A DNA stretch of 61,715 nucleotides, the filler included, from Choristocarpus tenellus KU-1152 (lineage: Eukaryota > Protista > Phaeophyceae): assembly GCA_964200185.2 (NCBI GenBank). It is 13 parts of 13 records of this genome, joined end to end, with 100 filler letters (N's around TTAATTAATTAA, not from the genome) between each part and the next. Parts side by side here need not be neighbours in the genome. Positions count along the whole stretch, not along the records: positions 46,763 to 50,972 come from CAXNAD020015682.1; positions 51,073 to 56,370 come from CAXNAD020011239.1; positions 56,471 to 61,715 come from CAXNAD020011368.1; 10 more parts are not named here. One strand, written 5' to 3'. Each line of letters starts with the position of its first letter. Within the stretch, counting starts at the first letter, position 1. Under the pieces are notes generated by a model. The model was not told where the DNA came from, did not search any database, and worked only from the letters and a program-made list of their open reading frames with translations. Position numbers and translations under genes: made by a program. Of this stretch, positions 49,901 through 61,715 are shown in pieces.

Positions 49901-50503
49901 ACGTTGATGAGTTGTAGAACAGGAAGTAAAAAGAATAAAATTTAATTTGCAGTGCTGTGTGGGGTATGTATAAATTTGGGTCTACAAGGTATTCATGCTT
50001 GTCGTAGTGGTTGTTTCAACCATAGATATGGAAAAAGCGGTTTTGTACTTTCATTGTATATTTTTCTGAAAGGTGCACTGTTGTATCTATTCTTCTTACA
50101 TCTATATATATATATATATATTTTGTTCTGTTGTGGACAGTGTTGTGACAGAATCTTGTATATAGTATTTTATTGTAGATACTATTTGGAATATGCACTA
50201 TATGTTGTTGTTTGAGAGATTGTAAAATGTGATCAATGTAAGTAGTAAACACCAACAAGTCTCCCCCCTCACAGGTTTAGGAGCAGGGTGGGGACTGTGA
50301 GGGGGGAGGGGGGAGGAGGGGCAAGTGCTCAAGGGAGTGGGGCAGCAGAGGGATTGCAAGAAGCCATTACTGCACAATCAGGGGGAGACAATGTAGAGGA
50401 AGGGGTGGGGGTAGGAGAAGAGCAGAAAACTGGGGGGGAGGAAGGGGGTGGGGGCAAGAGAAAGGGAAAGGGAAAGAAAAAAAAGAATAAGAAAAAGGAA
50501 TGA
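46946..50503 (+). CDS. PWP1: Periodic tryptophan protein 1 (WD40, ribosome biogenesis), last five exons
   Basis: Exons 46946-47055, 47798-47909, 48758-48955, 49498-49637, 50275-50503 in phase; HHKDKVQAVVWHP..GYDK, DPECLLWNPH, FTAHEKGVSG..DKHVRVWD, VGKLF..PFLLATGGSKG are PWP1-type motifs; last intron GC-AG; Lys-rich tail. Confidence 0.88.
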
Positions 50504-51072
50504 CAGAAATCCTGAGATTGTTCACCTATGGTACATGTTTCTTAGATTTTCCTGGAAGATGACCCTTTGGAAAGCTGTTGTGTTGTAGAGTTGGTAGCGT
50601 GGCCCTTGTTAGGTAGAGGTGGTTTCATAAAGCCTGGGTGTTGCCAAGGTTAGCTGCATGACTTCCTGCAAACAGCTTTTGGTGCTTTGTATTGGGTAAC
50701 ATTTGTTAGTGCCCACTCGTGTTCTGAGTTTCTCAAGTCTTTTAAGGTGTTTGTAAATGTTTTCCATTGAGTGTTTGGTGTTTGTTTGGCACAATGGACC
50801 CGTCTTAAGTGCGTTGCTTTTGCCAACACGCATATAGGGTGATGAAGTTCTTGTGTTCTTAGAATACCCTTCTAGTAACTGGGAGGGGCTGGGGGGGGGG
50901 TATTTCAGAACCAAATCTCTCCCTCCATGGACAGCCTGAAAGACCAATACGTGTTTGCCGGTTGATGTTTAGNNNNNNNNNNNNNNNNNNNNNNNNNNNN
51001 NNNNNNNNNNNNNNNNTTAATTAATTAANNNNNNNNNNNNNNNNNNNNNNNNNNNNNNNNNNNNNNNNNNNN

Positions 51073-53371
51073 TATCTATCCTTCATCCTACTACTACCTG
51101 TGTGGTATGCCACCCTGTCAGTTTCTTTGCTGACAGGAGAGGGGGTTCCTTTGTCTTTCTCTGACCTAGCAAACGTATGTGGTCTGAAACAAAAACATTT
51201 GTTGCCAACTTCAGTCTTCTCCCATCCTCAAACCATTGGACATCTACTAAAATACTATCTTCAATGTACATTCTTGGAAAGAAAGGGTCCTTTACTTCCC
51301 CCCTCTACCTCATTCACTTTCCATGTCTCATTTAAAGCACTAACCTCCCTCCTACCCTTCTGCTGCGTATGCCTTACTCCTATAGCAATCTCTTCTGCTT
51401 CCTTTAGTACTACTGCCATTTGGGGTTCTGTGTGAGAGTGGGAGAATTCTAAGGTGCTTGCCAATAGATCCCACCATCCTGGGCTATTCCTCCAGCCGAA
51501 TTGGAGCCGAAAGTCAACCACTAACAGATCTTCCACACAATATCCAAACCTTGCTGCCCCTTGTGGTTCTACTTGTACTTGACTACCTTCTTTCTAAAGT
51601 GGTCGTCAGTCCTTTTCCAATTAACTTTCCTCAAGCCTGTCCACTAATTTTTTCAAATCCCCCCCGCACTCCTCGAGTAATGCCTCCCCCTTGTTACCTA
51701 GGTAATTCAATCCCATCAGTGAAATCTCCCCATTCTACTCTCTTTTCAACTTCTCCCAGACCCCAACCAATCTTCACATTCACCAATCCATTCACCTTCC
51801 CCTCCCTCTCTACCTTCTCTTTTCCCTCTTCCTCTTCTCGGAAGTGGTCTAACTTCCAGAAGAAGCCGTTCTTTTTCAGGAATTCACAGTCCTGCTCTTC
51901 CTTTAATGCATAACAGGGGTTGTACATCCTTCCCCTCCCACTCGATACTCCCTGTTCTTGTCGTCTGGTCTGCGGGACTTTGATGATCTCGTTTCCCCCC
52001 ATGTTACCGCCCTCTTCATTGATCGGGAGCAGGATTCAGTGCTGTATAGGGTAGGTAGCATATTCTTTGCCTGACTCAGGGTGGGTGGTATCCACGTTTC
52101 CGAGGGTAGGGGGGCGTTAAACTTATTGCCAACAACGTCTGCTGCTGCTGCAATCTGCTTGGCCCGACATTGAAGGTCCTCCTACACTGCTCTGTAAACC
52201 AAGTCAACTATATGTGGATGTTCCAACAACGTAGGTTTGTTTGCCCCATAAAAGGTCCTTACACTACACGTTGCCCCTTCCATGTCCTTTATCTCATTCG
52301 TCATCCTCCTCTTGCCCGGTGTCCACCCTTCCCCATACCTGTATATCTTTCCCGTCGCTGCCACAAAGCAATCAAAATTATCCAGTCTCCTTTGTAGGTT
52401 TTCCTCCCCAACTCCCCTCTTGGGATGTAGTCCTTTATCATGAAGACAGGTTTCCAAGTTGCTTTGCCACTTCTTCTGTCACGTCAGCTTTTTCGTCCAT
52501 GATCCGCTGTAGATTGTCCCGCTTCGCTCTGGCGTTCCCTGCCCGAATAAACAAGGGGATGTATCCGAGGAGTACGAAATGTTTTCTCACATCGACCCTC
52601 TTCCACACTTGTATCAAGGATTTTTCTTTCACCCTCTCTGCCAAGGTCGCTGATGTTATCGATCCTTCCCCAATCGTCAATCTGCCTTCCCCTCCCATCC
52701 CTCTGCTCCCACCTACACGTCCTGTTTTACTCGTCTGGCATAGCTCCTTTAGGATCTCCATCATGTGGTCCATCCTTTCTGTTAGTTTGGCTATATCACT
52801 TGACTGGTCCTGGGATTGACTGGGCTCATTTTCAATCCTGTTCCTTTCTCCTTCCTTGTCCTCCCCCTCTCCCCTCTTACCCCCCTCTGCACTGAAGCCC
52901 ATCTCTCTCTGAACTTGCTCGATCTCCATCTGCATCCTCTGAGCCGCTATTGCTTCCATCTCTTCCTCGCCTTCCTTCCACCCTTTTTCTTCCCCCCATC
53001 CTTGAATCGTTTGTCCTTTCTTCTCACCCTTTTCTCTTTCTTTCCTTCCCATAAAATTTCCCTCCCTGTCTTGTCCTCTTCGTTTGATCTCTCCCCTCTT
53101 TCAGCCATGCTATGATCAGGAGGGCTTGCTCGGAGGTTGTCTTGTTCTCGCCCTCCTCATCTTGTATCCCCAGTCCTCGGCAATCTTTCCAATACTGACC
53201 ATTCCTTCTTCCCCTGTACCTCCACCTACCACTCATTTCTTTAACTTCTCTCCTCCCTCTCTTGGCCAGTCAATCCTTAACTATTCGTTCCTTTCTTGCT
53301 CATTTTTATTCTTCTCTCTGTCCCTTCCCTTGCCCTGTGCCTCTAACCAACCAGAATTCTTCCACCCACAA
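51073..53371 (-). mobile_element. Decayed DIRS-like (tyrosine-recombinase group) retrotransposon, copy 1, with two internal deletions
   Basis: Reverse-complement homologue of 53399-56370; gag-like ORF plus RT fragments (DFRLQFGWRNSPGWW; MYIEDSIL); lacks segments equivalent to ~54970-55150 and ~55400-55860. Confidence 0.8.
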
Positions 53372-56370
53372 GAGAAAGTTTATGAAATAATCTGAGTTTT
53401 GTGGGCGTAAGAATCCTGGTTGACTAGGGGCACAGGACAAGGGAGGGTAGAGAAAAGAAAATGAAGTAAGCAAGGAGGGAACGAATAGTTAAGGATTGAC
53501 TTGCTAAGAGAAGAGGGGAGAGAAAGGTTAAAATAAATGAGTGGTAGGAAGGGGGAAGGGGAAGGAATCATCAGTATCTAAAAAGAAGGTTGAGGACCAG
53601 GGGTACAAGACGAGGAGGGCGAGGACAAGACAACCTCCGAGCAAGCTTTCCTGATTAAAGTATGGCTGAAAGGGGAGAGAGCACGAACGACCAGAACAAG
53701 ACGGCGTAGGAAACCTTCATGGAAAACAACGAAAAGGAGAAGGGTGAGGAGACGAGAAAAACGATGCAAGGATGGGGGGAGGAAAAATGATGGAAGGGAA
53801 GTGAGGAAGAGATGAAAACAATGGCGGCGCGGAGGATGCAGATGGAGATTGAACAAGTACAGAGAGAGATGGGCTTCAGTGCAGAGGGGGAGGGGGAGGA
53901 GGAGAAAGAAGAAGCAAGGAACAGGACTGAAGGCGACTCCAGTCAAGCCCAGGACCAGACGAATGAGATGGACAAACTAATGGAAAAGATGAACTACTTG
54001 ATGGAGATCCTGCAGGAGCTAAGTCAGGTGAATAAACCAGGACATGTAGGGGGGGGCAGAGGGGGAGTCAGAACGACGATTGGAGAAGGTTCAATAACCT
54101 CAGTGACATTGGCAGAAAGGATAAAAGAGAAATCCATGATCCAAGCATGGAACAGGGTCGAAGTGAGGAAATATTTTGTACTCCTCGGATTCATCCCCCT
54201 GTTTATTCAGGTAAGAAATGCCAGAGCAACACGGGACGAATTACAGCGGATCGTGGATGAGAAAGCGGACGTGACTGACGAGGTGGCAAAGCAACTGGAA
54301 AACCTGACCTTCATGATAAAGGACTACATACCAAGAGGGGAGTTGGGGAGAAAAACCTACAGAGGAGACTACGATTTGCCAGATAATATCGACTGCTTCG
54401 TGGCAGCAATGGGAAGATATGCAGGTATGGGGAAGGGTGGAAACCGGGGACGAGGAGGACAGCGAGTGTGATAGAGGAATTGGAAGCGGCAAGGTGCAAG
54501 GTACGAGCGTTTTATGGGGCAAACAAACCCACGTTGTTGGAAAATCCACAGATTGTTGACTTGATTTACGGAGCAGTGGGGGAGGATCTCCAGTGTTGAG
54601 CCAAACAGATTGCAACAGCGGCAGATATCATTGGTAATAAGTTTAACGCCCCCCACCCCCCGAAACGTGGGTACCAGCCCCTCCAAGCCCCTGCTTTGCA
54701 CGACTAGAGACAAATTTGAGCCAGGAAAAGAACATGCTACCAACCCTTTACAGTACTGATTCCCGTTCCCGGTCAATGAAGAGGGCGGGAACATGGGGGG
54801 AAATGAGACCTTCAAAGTCCCCCAGACCAGATGAAAGAAACAGGGAGGGAATTTCGAGTGGGAGGGGAAGGACGTACAACCCATGCTTTACATTTAAGGC
54901 AGGGCAGGAATGTGAATTCCTGAAAAAGAACGGCTTCTGCAAATTCTACCACTTCCAATAAGGGAAAGAGGAAAAGGAGAAGGGAGACTAGACCAAAGCC
55001 AACTCTACCAAGAAAGACCCCTGAAGATGCGGGCCCATCCCTGGAGGGGATAGGCTGGCAGGGCGGGACCAGTGGACGTCAGTGCTACCACAACATGTGC
55101 AGGGGGCGTCAGGGATTCCAATGCCAGGGTTGATACGCCGGACAATCAAAGGTAGAGGAGGAGGGGAAGGTGTAAAGAGTGATGAATGTGAAGATTGGTT
55201 GAGGGCATGGGAGATGTTGAAAGGAGAGAAGGATTGGGAGATGTCACTGATGGGATTGAAGGACCTAGCTAGGAGGGGGGAGGCATTACTCAGAGGGTGT
55301 GGGGGGGGATTTGAAAAATTAGTGGACAGGCTTAGGGAAAGGTGGAGTCCTAAACGCTTAAATTGGAAAAGGATTGACGACCATTATAGAAAGAAGGTAG
55401 GATTCCCACAGATAGGGAGACTATAACAGGTGGTAGAAAGGGGAGTACTAGCATGTATAGAGGGGAAAGACAGAGTTGAGGAGAGGCTAGAGTATGGAAA
55501 CCATAGGAGTGCAAAAAGTCAAAGTAAGGCCCTCCTAGAAAAGATGTTGAGTGACGTGATCCAGGGTAGAGCACTAGTGTTTCCAAAAAAGGCATGGGGG
55601 AAGATTCTAGGTTTGCATTGCAGGTGTCCCCAGTTGGAGTAATCCAAGAACCTACCAAGGTTAGGGTCATTCATGATTTGTTGCGCCAGCAAGAGAGTTG
55701 GGGCCCGAGTGTGAATGAAGAAACAGGGTTGAAAGATGCCTCCCCTGTGCATTGTGGGACGGTTTTGGAAGACGTGATTAAGAGGATTGTAGGATTAAGG
55801 ATGAAGTTCCCTGAGGCGAGAATCATGATTACTAAGATGGATGTTAAAGATGCCTTTCGCCAAGAACCAGTAGAGCCACAAGGAGTGGTGAGGTTTGGAT
55901 ATTGTGTGGGAGATCTGTTGGTGATTGATCTTAGACTCCAATTTGGCTGGAGGAATAGCCCACGATGGTGGGATCTATTGGCAAGTGCCCTGGAATTCTC
56001 CCACTGTCATACAGATCCCAAATCGGCAGTAGTACTAAAGGAAGCAGAAGAGATTGTCATAGGTGTAACGTACGCACAGCAGAAGGGTAGGAGGGAGGTT
56101 AGTGCCCTAGACGAGACATGGAAAGTGAATGAGGTAGAGGGGGGGCGGTAGAGGACCCTTTCTTTCCAAGAATGTACATCGATGATAGCATCTTGGTAGA
56201 CGCTCAATGGTTCGAAGATAGACGGAGATTGAAGTTGGCAATAAATTCCTTAGTCTCAGATCACATACGTTTGCTAGGTCAGAGAAAGACAGAGAAACCT
56301 CCCATTCTGTCAGCAAAGAAACTGACAGGGTGGCATACCACACAGGTAGTAGTAGGATGAAGGATAGATG
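53372..56370 (+). mobile_element. Decayed DIRS-like retrotransposon, copy 2 (5' end, gag-like ORF1, reverse transcriptase)
   Basis: RT motifs VSPVGV..KVRVIHDL, KMDVKDAFRQ, RLQFGWRNSP, MYIDD, VVG*RID; no protease or integrase between ORF1 and RT. RNase H and recombinase would lie beyond the contig end, so the DIRS/Ngaro call is inferred from RT style and layout. Confidence 0.8.
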
Positions 56371-56807
56371 NNNNNNNNNNNNNNNNNNNNNNNNNNNNNN
56401 NNNNNNNNNNNNNNTTAATTAATTAANNNNNNNNNNNNNNNNNNNNNNNNNNNNNNNNNNNNNNNNNNNNCAATATCCTTGTTGCGGACACACCTATTCA
56501 TAATGTATACATTTTACCTACTCCTAAATGTTTTGGAGTAGGAAAATGTCATTAAAAAAATCCGAGGGAAGCCAAGCCCCAAATGGACAAACAGGGCAAA
56601 ACTCGTACCCACTAAGATACTTTCACGCATATGTACTTGATACAACATTATGTGCACAGATGTGTACGAGATAGGTAACAGCAGGATGTACAAGGTATAA
56701 ATTTAGCTTCCCAGTCATACATGTTAATACCTATAGATGTGTGTTTGATGTTCTGTCACCGACCAGGTTGACGTCTCGCTACCAAAAGAGTTCGTGGTAG
56801 GGATGTA

Positions 56808-59486
56808 TCAAGGAATTCCTGGAGAATTCAACATTGTAGTCACTGTTGCCCGATGCAACCGAACTTGCATGAACTTCTTAGACTGTAAAAAGCGCTGGAG
56901 CAAGTTTGCCTCTAGCATGGCGCGGATTTCCTTGTAAGCTTGGCCAAATACCAACCTGAGGAGGACATTCATTGTCACAAATTCAAGTGTCGAGACCTTT
57001 CAGCACGAGTATTGGGCAGCATAGTGATTCGGTACTAACAGGTTTGAATCACTGTAGTGATAGGAGACAAGTGTTGGTTCGGTATCTGTCAGGGGGTATG
57101 TCCTAGGGTGTTAGTTGATATTCACAGCCACAGAATGAGTACGCATATGCCTCACCACTTCATGCTCTACTTCGGTTTTGCATAGAGTGCTAACGGTTTG
57201 CAGAAACCGCACATTACTTGACCACTTAGAATCCAAAAGCTGCATTTCAAAAACAATGCTCACCGCCTCTCTTCATCTGTCATGTATGAAATATATGGCA
57301 GCCCGGCAAGAGAGATGTCCAGTATTGCCTTCTTGTCCCTGGAACTGCACAGACATTTCAGATATATGTAATCAAGGGATAACTAAATTAAATACTGCTC
57401 TTCTGGGCGCGAGTAGACCGGGTTGCTTCATCTAGAGCATCATCACTGTTCTGGATATGATGATTACAGTAAGTAAAACACATATATCGTAGATACAATT
57501 GCAGTCTCTCCGAGGGCAGCTGACAATGTGCACCAAATAAACATCTATATACAATGATGTCACCACAAGGATGTTGGCATGAGGGAAAACTATTGCAACA
57601 CGACATAAATTGCTACTTCAATTCGCAGGAGCTACTGAGTCCCCTATGCATCTGCAGTCTTAACTACACAAACTCATTGACTGACGGCAGCTGTGATCAG
57701 CTACTCCCTACTACCAGCTTGTCCACACCTGATGTTAACCTCCTCTGGGGCCCCGCTCATAATGTGGGTCCTGACGATGGACATGAACACATCATACTGA
57801 TTTCTAGCTCTGTCCAGCTCAGAACTTTTGCTTGAGAGAATTGCCTCCTGATATCTGAATAGTCCGTAAGGGATGCAAAATAGAAACATCAAGAATTAAG
57901 GCATGCAATTTCAATGGCTAGCTTTGGTTGTGACCCTGGTGAGAGAGGTGGAGAAGTTTCTGCTTGACCAAGATTTGGTTGTCCTATGGAGTTTCTTAAT
58001 CAAGTCCTAATCACACCAACCCCCCAGGCTATGCTTGACATCTGACGGTGGTCGAGTATTTTCATTCCAAATGATGAAATGTTTTAATACCAATTCAGTT
58101 CAACTTGTCATCGATCCAGAGGCAAGTCGCGTGCTTATGATCCAGTCTTACTTCCCTCAATCACTTGTGCAACATTTTCTCCAGCATAGCCTCGCACAAA
58201 CCTGAAAACTTCTACCAGGAATTGAACAGATTCATAGCATAAGGCCCTCCTCGCAAAATCTTCAAATGCGCTGCCCAGCATGGGTGTTGACGCTAGACGC
58301 TCAAAGTTCCAACCTTTCGTATCTTGACTGTCAACACTGGTGTAGCTGTCTTTACTTGGGTTATAGGAAGTATCTAGTTCGCCACTCCCAGCCGACCTTG
58401 CTCTTTTTCGCCTTGAAAATAGTCAAATTTGAAGCAACAGTCAAACCAAATATGTAATCGCAGCTTTGGCGAATGTGAGCATCACAGTGCACGAGCAATC
58501 CCGGAATGCACAGTTTCATGGCTAAAGGTAATACCAAAATATATTGTAAGATACTAACTGTAAGATCATCAAAATGTATCGCGCTCGGTAAAAGTCGAGA
58601 AATTCGCATGAGTGATAGACACAAAAAAATTGCAGGGGAATTACATCAAGCAACACTCACCAACAATTTTATATCGCAATCTTCACGTCACCCAACCGAT
58701 CAAAAGTGACCAAAGAGTTACTCATCTAGATCCGTGGACACCGATACGCCGTTTCCGAGTGCTGAGCAGGACCTTATCTACGTAGCTTTTCTTGGACACC
58801 ACCATAGGATCGATAATCAGTTGTCTGAGTGGTTCCACCACTCTGTATTTTGACGCGAATATGGAGCGTATATATCAAGGACCCAGAGCCAAAGGTTCAG
58901 GTGAATCAATATAACATAATATCCTTGAGGCCAGTCACCAAACCTGGTAAGTCTATAGTTGTATTGCATTCATTTTAATGCAACGAGATGTTCAACATTA
59001 ATATAACTGCTTAACCAATAGGTGTACTCTACATATTAACTACACATACGGTTGGGAGTGGATTTTTTTCGTACATGTGAAACTTTGAGAATGATAATCG
59101 TTCAGAACCAATGGCATCCATTATCCAACATCGGCGACAGTCCCAGGGCGGCATCCAATCCTACTACACCTTCACCTACTATCGAATAGTCTGCCACCTT
59201 GCATCCTACATCAGTCCCAGATTTCTTTACCTTGACTGATCTGAGATCACCCTTGCAATCTCATACAAACTATTACCGTGAATATATAGCGATCCTACTC
59301 AGGAGAGATCCTTGCAGAATTGCACCAACTGTTGTTTAAGTGACTATAGAGTCTTGCACTTCATTGCGAGATAATTCCTCAATGTGACTCAGAATGGCTG
59401 TACCAAACATCAAATGGTGGGTGACTCACGTGAGAAGGAAGAGTGTGTTGGTCCTGAGGATAGAGAGATTTCCCCAACCAATCCAC
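56808..59486 (-). CDS. Transmembrane RGS protein (7TM-RGS-like): last TM helix plus complete RGS domain
   Basis: Exons 59486-59430, 58842-~58750, 58411-58202, 57854-57729, 57344-57264, 56955-56808: WIGWGNLSILRTNTLFLLTVVEPL..WNFERLA..AFEDFARRALCYESVQFLVEV..IVRTHIMSGAPEEVNISS..VFGQAYKEIRAMLEANLLQRFLQSKKF..*. Further hydrophobic exon candidates to ~60920. Confidence 0.82.
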
Positions 59487-61715
59487 CTGTTCAACCCCAC
59501 AGAGCCGTACCGACTTACCACCCTGTCGATCACTGAGAAACGTCAGGATTGTATTCTTTGTGTCAGTTGCAATGTAGGTCTTACAGATATTCAACACAGA
59601 GGAGAGCAAATATCACCTGTGATACTCCTAGCCTGAAAAAAATACTTAACGTATTATGTATCTGATTACACTCTAGCAGTACTACTAAGTAGGTTGTCAA
59701 GCCCACTAGAAAATTCCTCGTGGGCTTCTATCTAATTCACAGTTAACCCTCCTACTTCCTAGAGGTCATGGTGTCCCACTCAAGTCCCCGACTGAGTAGC
59801 CAACCTAGTGCTTTTAGGGTACCAATAGATCACGCACATTCAAACATATTTTCACAATTCAGTCGTGTTCCAGTGTGTAGCAGTTGTTGTAAGGGTGTAT
59901 TGCTCACCAGCAGTTGCGATAGTCATTACCATTGCCGCAGTTATCTCTCTGCGGATGGAGATCATATCATCCACATTCCTAGTCCATAGAGGCAGAAGGT
60001 GGAGGATATGAGGACACAGAAGGAAGGCAGCGTTCTGTGCAAATAAGGATAGATTCTTCGAATGGAGGAGATATGATGAGTAGTTCAGGCGCCAATATAT
60101 ATATTACACAACTAACAACAAGCACTGTATCTTGCTTGTACTTCAAGTATATTGGTAAGAAAACTCCTGTCAAATATTCCCTTATCGGGAGCCACGCAAC
60201 TTTGGACAAGTGCTTGGGATCACAAAAAACTTACGATCCCAGCTGAACTTACACACATGCCCACTCACTGGGCATTGGCGGCCAGTGTCCCAAGAATTGG
60301 TATCCACAACAGCCACCAAGCCTAGATAATTAGTCGTGGAGTATCCAAGCAATGATTCACTTGGGTCAAAAACTCCAATTGCTTTCTTGGAAAGGGTATT
60401 AGAGAGAACGAGGAGTGAGTTATATGCTTACAACCGAATATGTTGTGACCTTCATCAGCTACTGCGCATCTCCCTTTCACATTCGACGTTGTTACCGCAT
60501 CACCCGCAAGCTCTCCCTGAAGCGTACAATTTCTCTTTTTTCAGAGACAAGGTTTTCTAGATGACGAAAATATCACATTTACCTCAAGGTGTTCACTATT
60601 ATTTTTTTGTTTCTACACTCCCCTAAACTTCAATGTTGTGGGATTGAACCTTGGAATGGTGATTTCTCGATTCTCTGTGTGTGAAGATGTTACAGAGTAA
60701 GATTTGTCCCTGAGATATCAGGCCCAATACAAAAAACGCCAAGATTGAGACGATCGTTGGATAGTACCCCAGCCTCCATATTGGTCAAATACTGAGAAAC
60801 TGCCTGCCCTGGTAGTGCAGTGATATGTAAAAAACTGCAGTACCTTCCTTCGTGGCAATACTACCCAAACCCATGGAATAGCCAGCACAAAGCACCAAAT
60901 ACTATTTGTCACATCCTTTTGAGGAAAAAGACAATGCAGTTAGGATTGATTTCCGTATCATTTCAAAAGTGCAATTTGAATGGTGGACATATTTGACACT
61001 CAATACCCTGCATGGTTTGGGAAGAAAATACTGCATGCCACATCGTGTACTATTTCTGTTATTATAGCAATATCATCATGTGAGGGGCACTCAGCTAATC
61101 CCAGCTGACGTGACCAATAAGTCTACAAGATATTTTATACTTTTCTGTGTATTGTTCATTGGCTACCCAACGTAGAGAAATGGTACAACACCATCTGTAC
61201 TGCGTATCAATACACCGGACCCTAAGGGGGGTTATAGTTCTCTGATCCAGTCTGAAATGACATTTTAAAAGTCCTCAGATCAGATAGGTTGACCCCAAAG
61301 CTCAACCCTAACCCTAACCTAACCCTAAATCTAACTACAGATGATAACCCAGCCCCTTCTATAAACAGTTTCTGTCTCAGAGACCACTCGTTAACAGGTA
61401 TATAAGAAACGATACTTTGGAAGGGCAACTAATCCCTGTGAAGGTACATCGGCAAGTTTACACCAGCCACAGATTACAGTTCTTGGGAACATACTGCATT
61501 CCAAGAGACAAACCCCACACAAAATCTGCATCTTTGTATACAAGATCTCATCCATACGAAACAGGGACACATACCACAAACAGTCAATCTTGATCAGGAC
61601 AAAAGAGTAGATTGAGACAGGGGAGACAGAAGACTTGCCTGATCATAGGATACAGAAGCGCCAAGGCCACTGAAATGCCAACGTACATAACATCCCGTAA
61701 AACGGTCATGTGATT

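Noticed and set aside
51073-51140. Both DIRS-like copies ending at the same base as a real element terminus
   Set aside because: The last ~63 bp are identical between the copies and fall mid-RT at both contig edges, as expected from an assembly-graph break.
55658-55668. GGTTAGGGT as a telomeric insertion
   Set aside because: It encodes KVRV of the conserved RT motif.
56358-56360. TGA shared by both DIRS-like copies at an expected Trp (VVG*RID), suggesting a variant genetic code
   Set aside because: Host genes end in TGA (DNAI2, LRRC46, PWP1, RGS) and use TGG for Trp; a shared inherited lesion is simpler.

Overview
This is eukaryotic nuclear DNA and not one continuous locus. Thirteen short contigs are joined by an artificial 100-bp spacer (44 N + TTAATTAATTAA + 44 N), so adjacency across spacers has no biological meaning. 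Most ORF-track entries are spurious because the genes are intron-rich; I rebuilt them by eye from splice sites and reading phase. Recognisable host genes: DNAI2 (3' end), an RGG/CCCH/WD40 (ZFWD-like) gene (5' part), a complete 7-exon LRRC46, PPTC7-like PP2C exons, the N-terminal half of a 7TM protein, an ABHD4/5-type hydrolase (5' part), internal exons of PI4K-beta, PWP1 (3' part), and the C-terminal half of a TM-RGS protein. Ciliary genes, TTAGGG repeats, intron density, a 7TM-RGS-like gene and the retroelement types suggest a stramenopile, probably a brown alga or close relative (inference only). Much of the rest is transposon-derived: three related MITE families with Harbinger-like 3-bp TSDs, a decayed Copia carrying four nested insertions, a hAT-like derivative family, a pogo/Tigger relic, and two decayed DIRS-like retroelements head to head. 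The most unusual signals are (i) a TG...CA insert with a 5-bp TSD built from mirrored 45-bp units, (ii) frequent short TTAGGG tracts, one interrupting a MITE terminal repeat, (iii) CGA>TGA decay in TE relics suggesting CpG methylation, and (iv) the head-to-head DIRS-like pair. I found no clear-cut new multi-gene system; these are leads.
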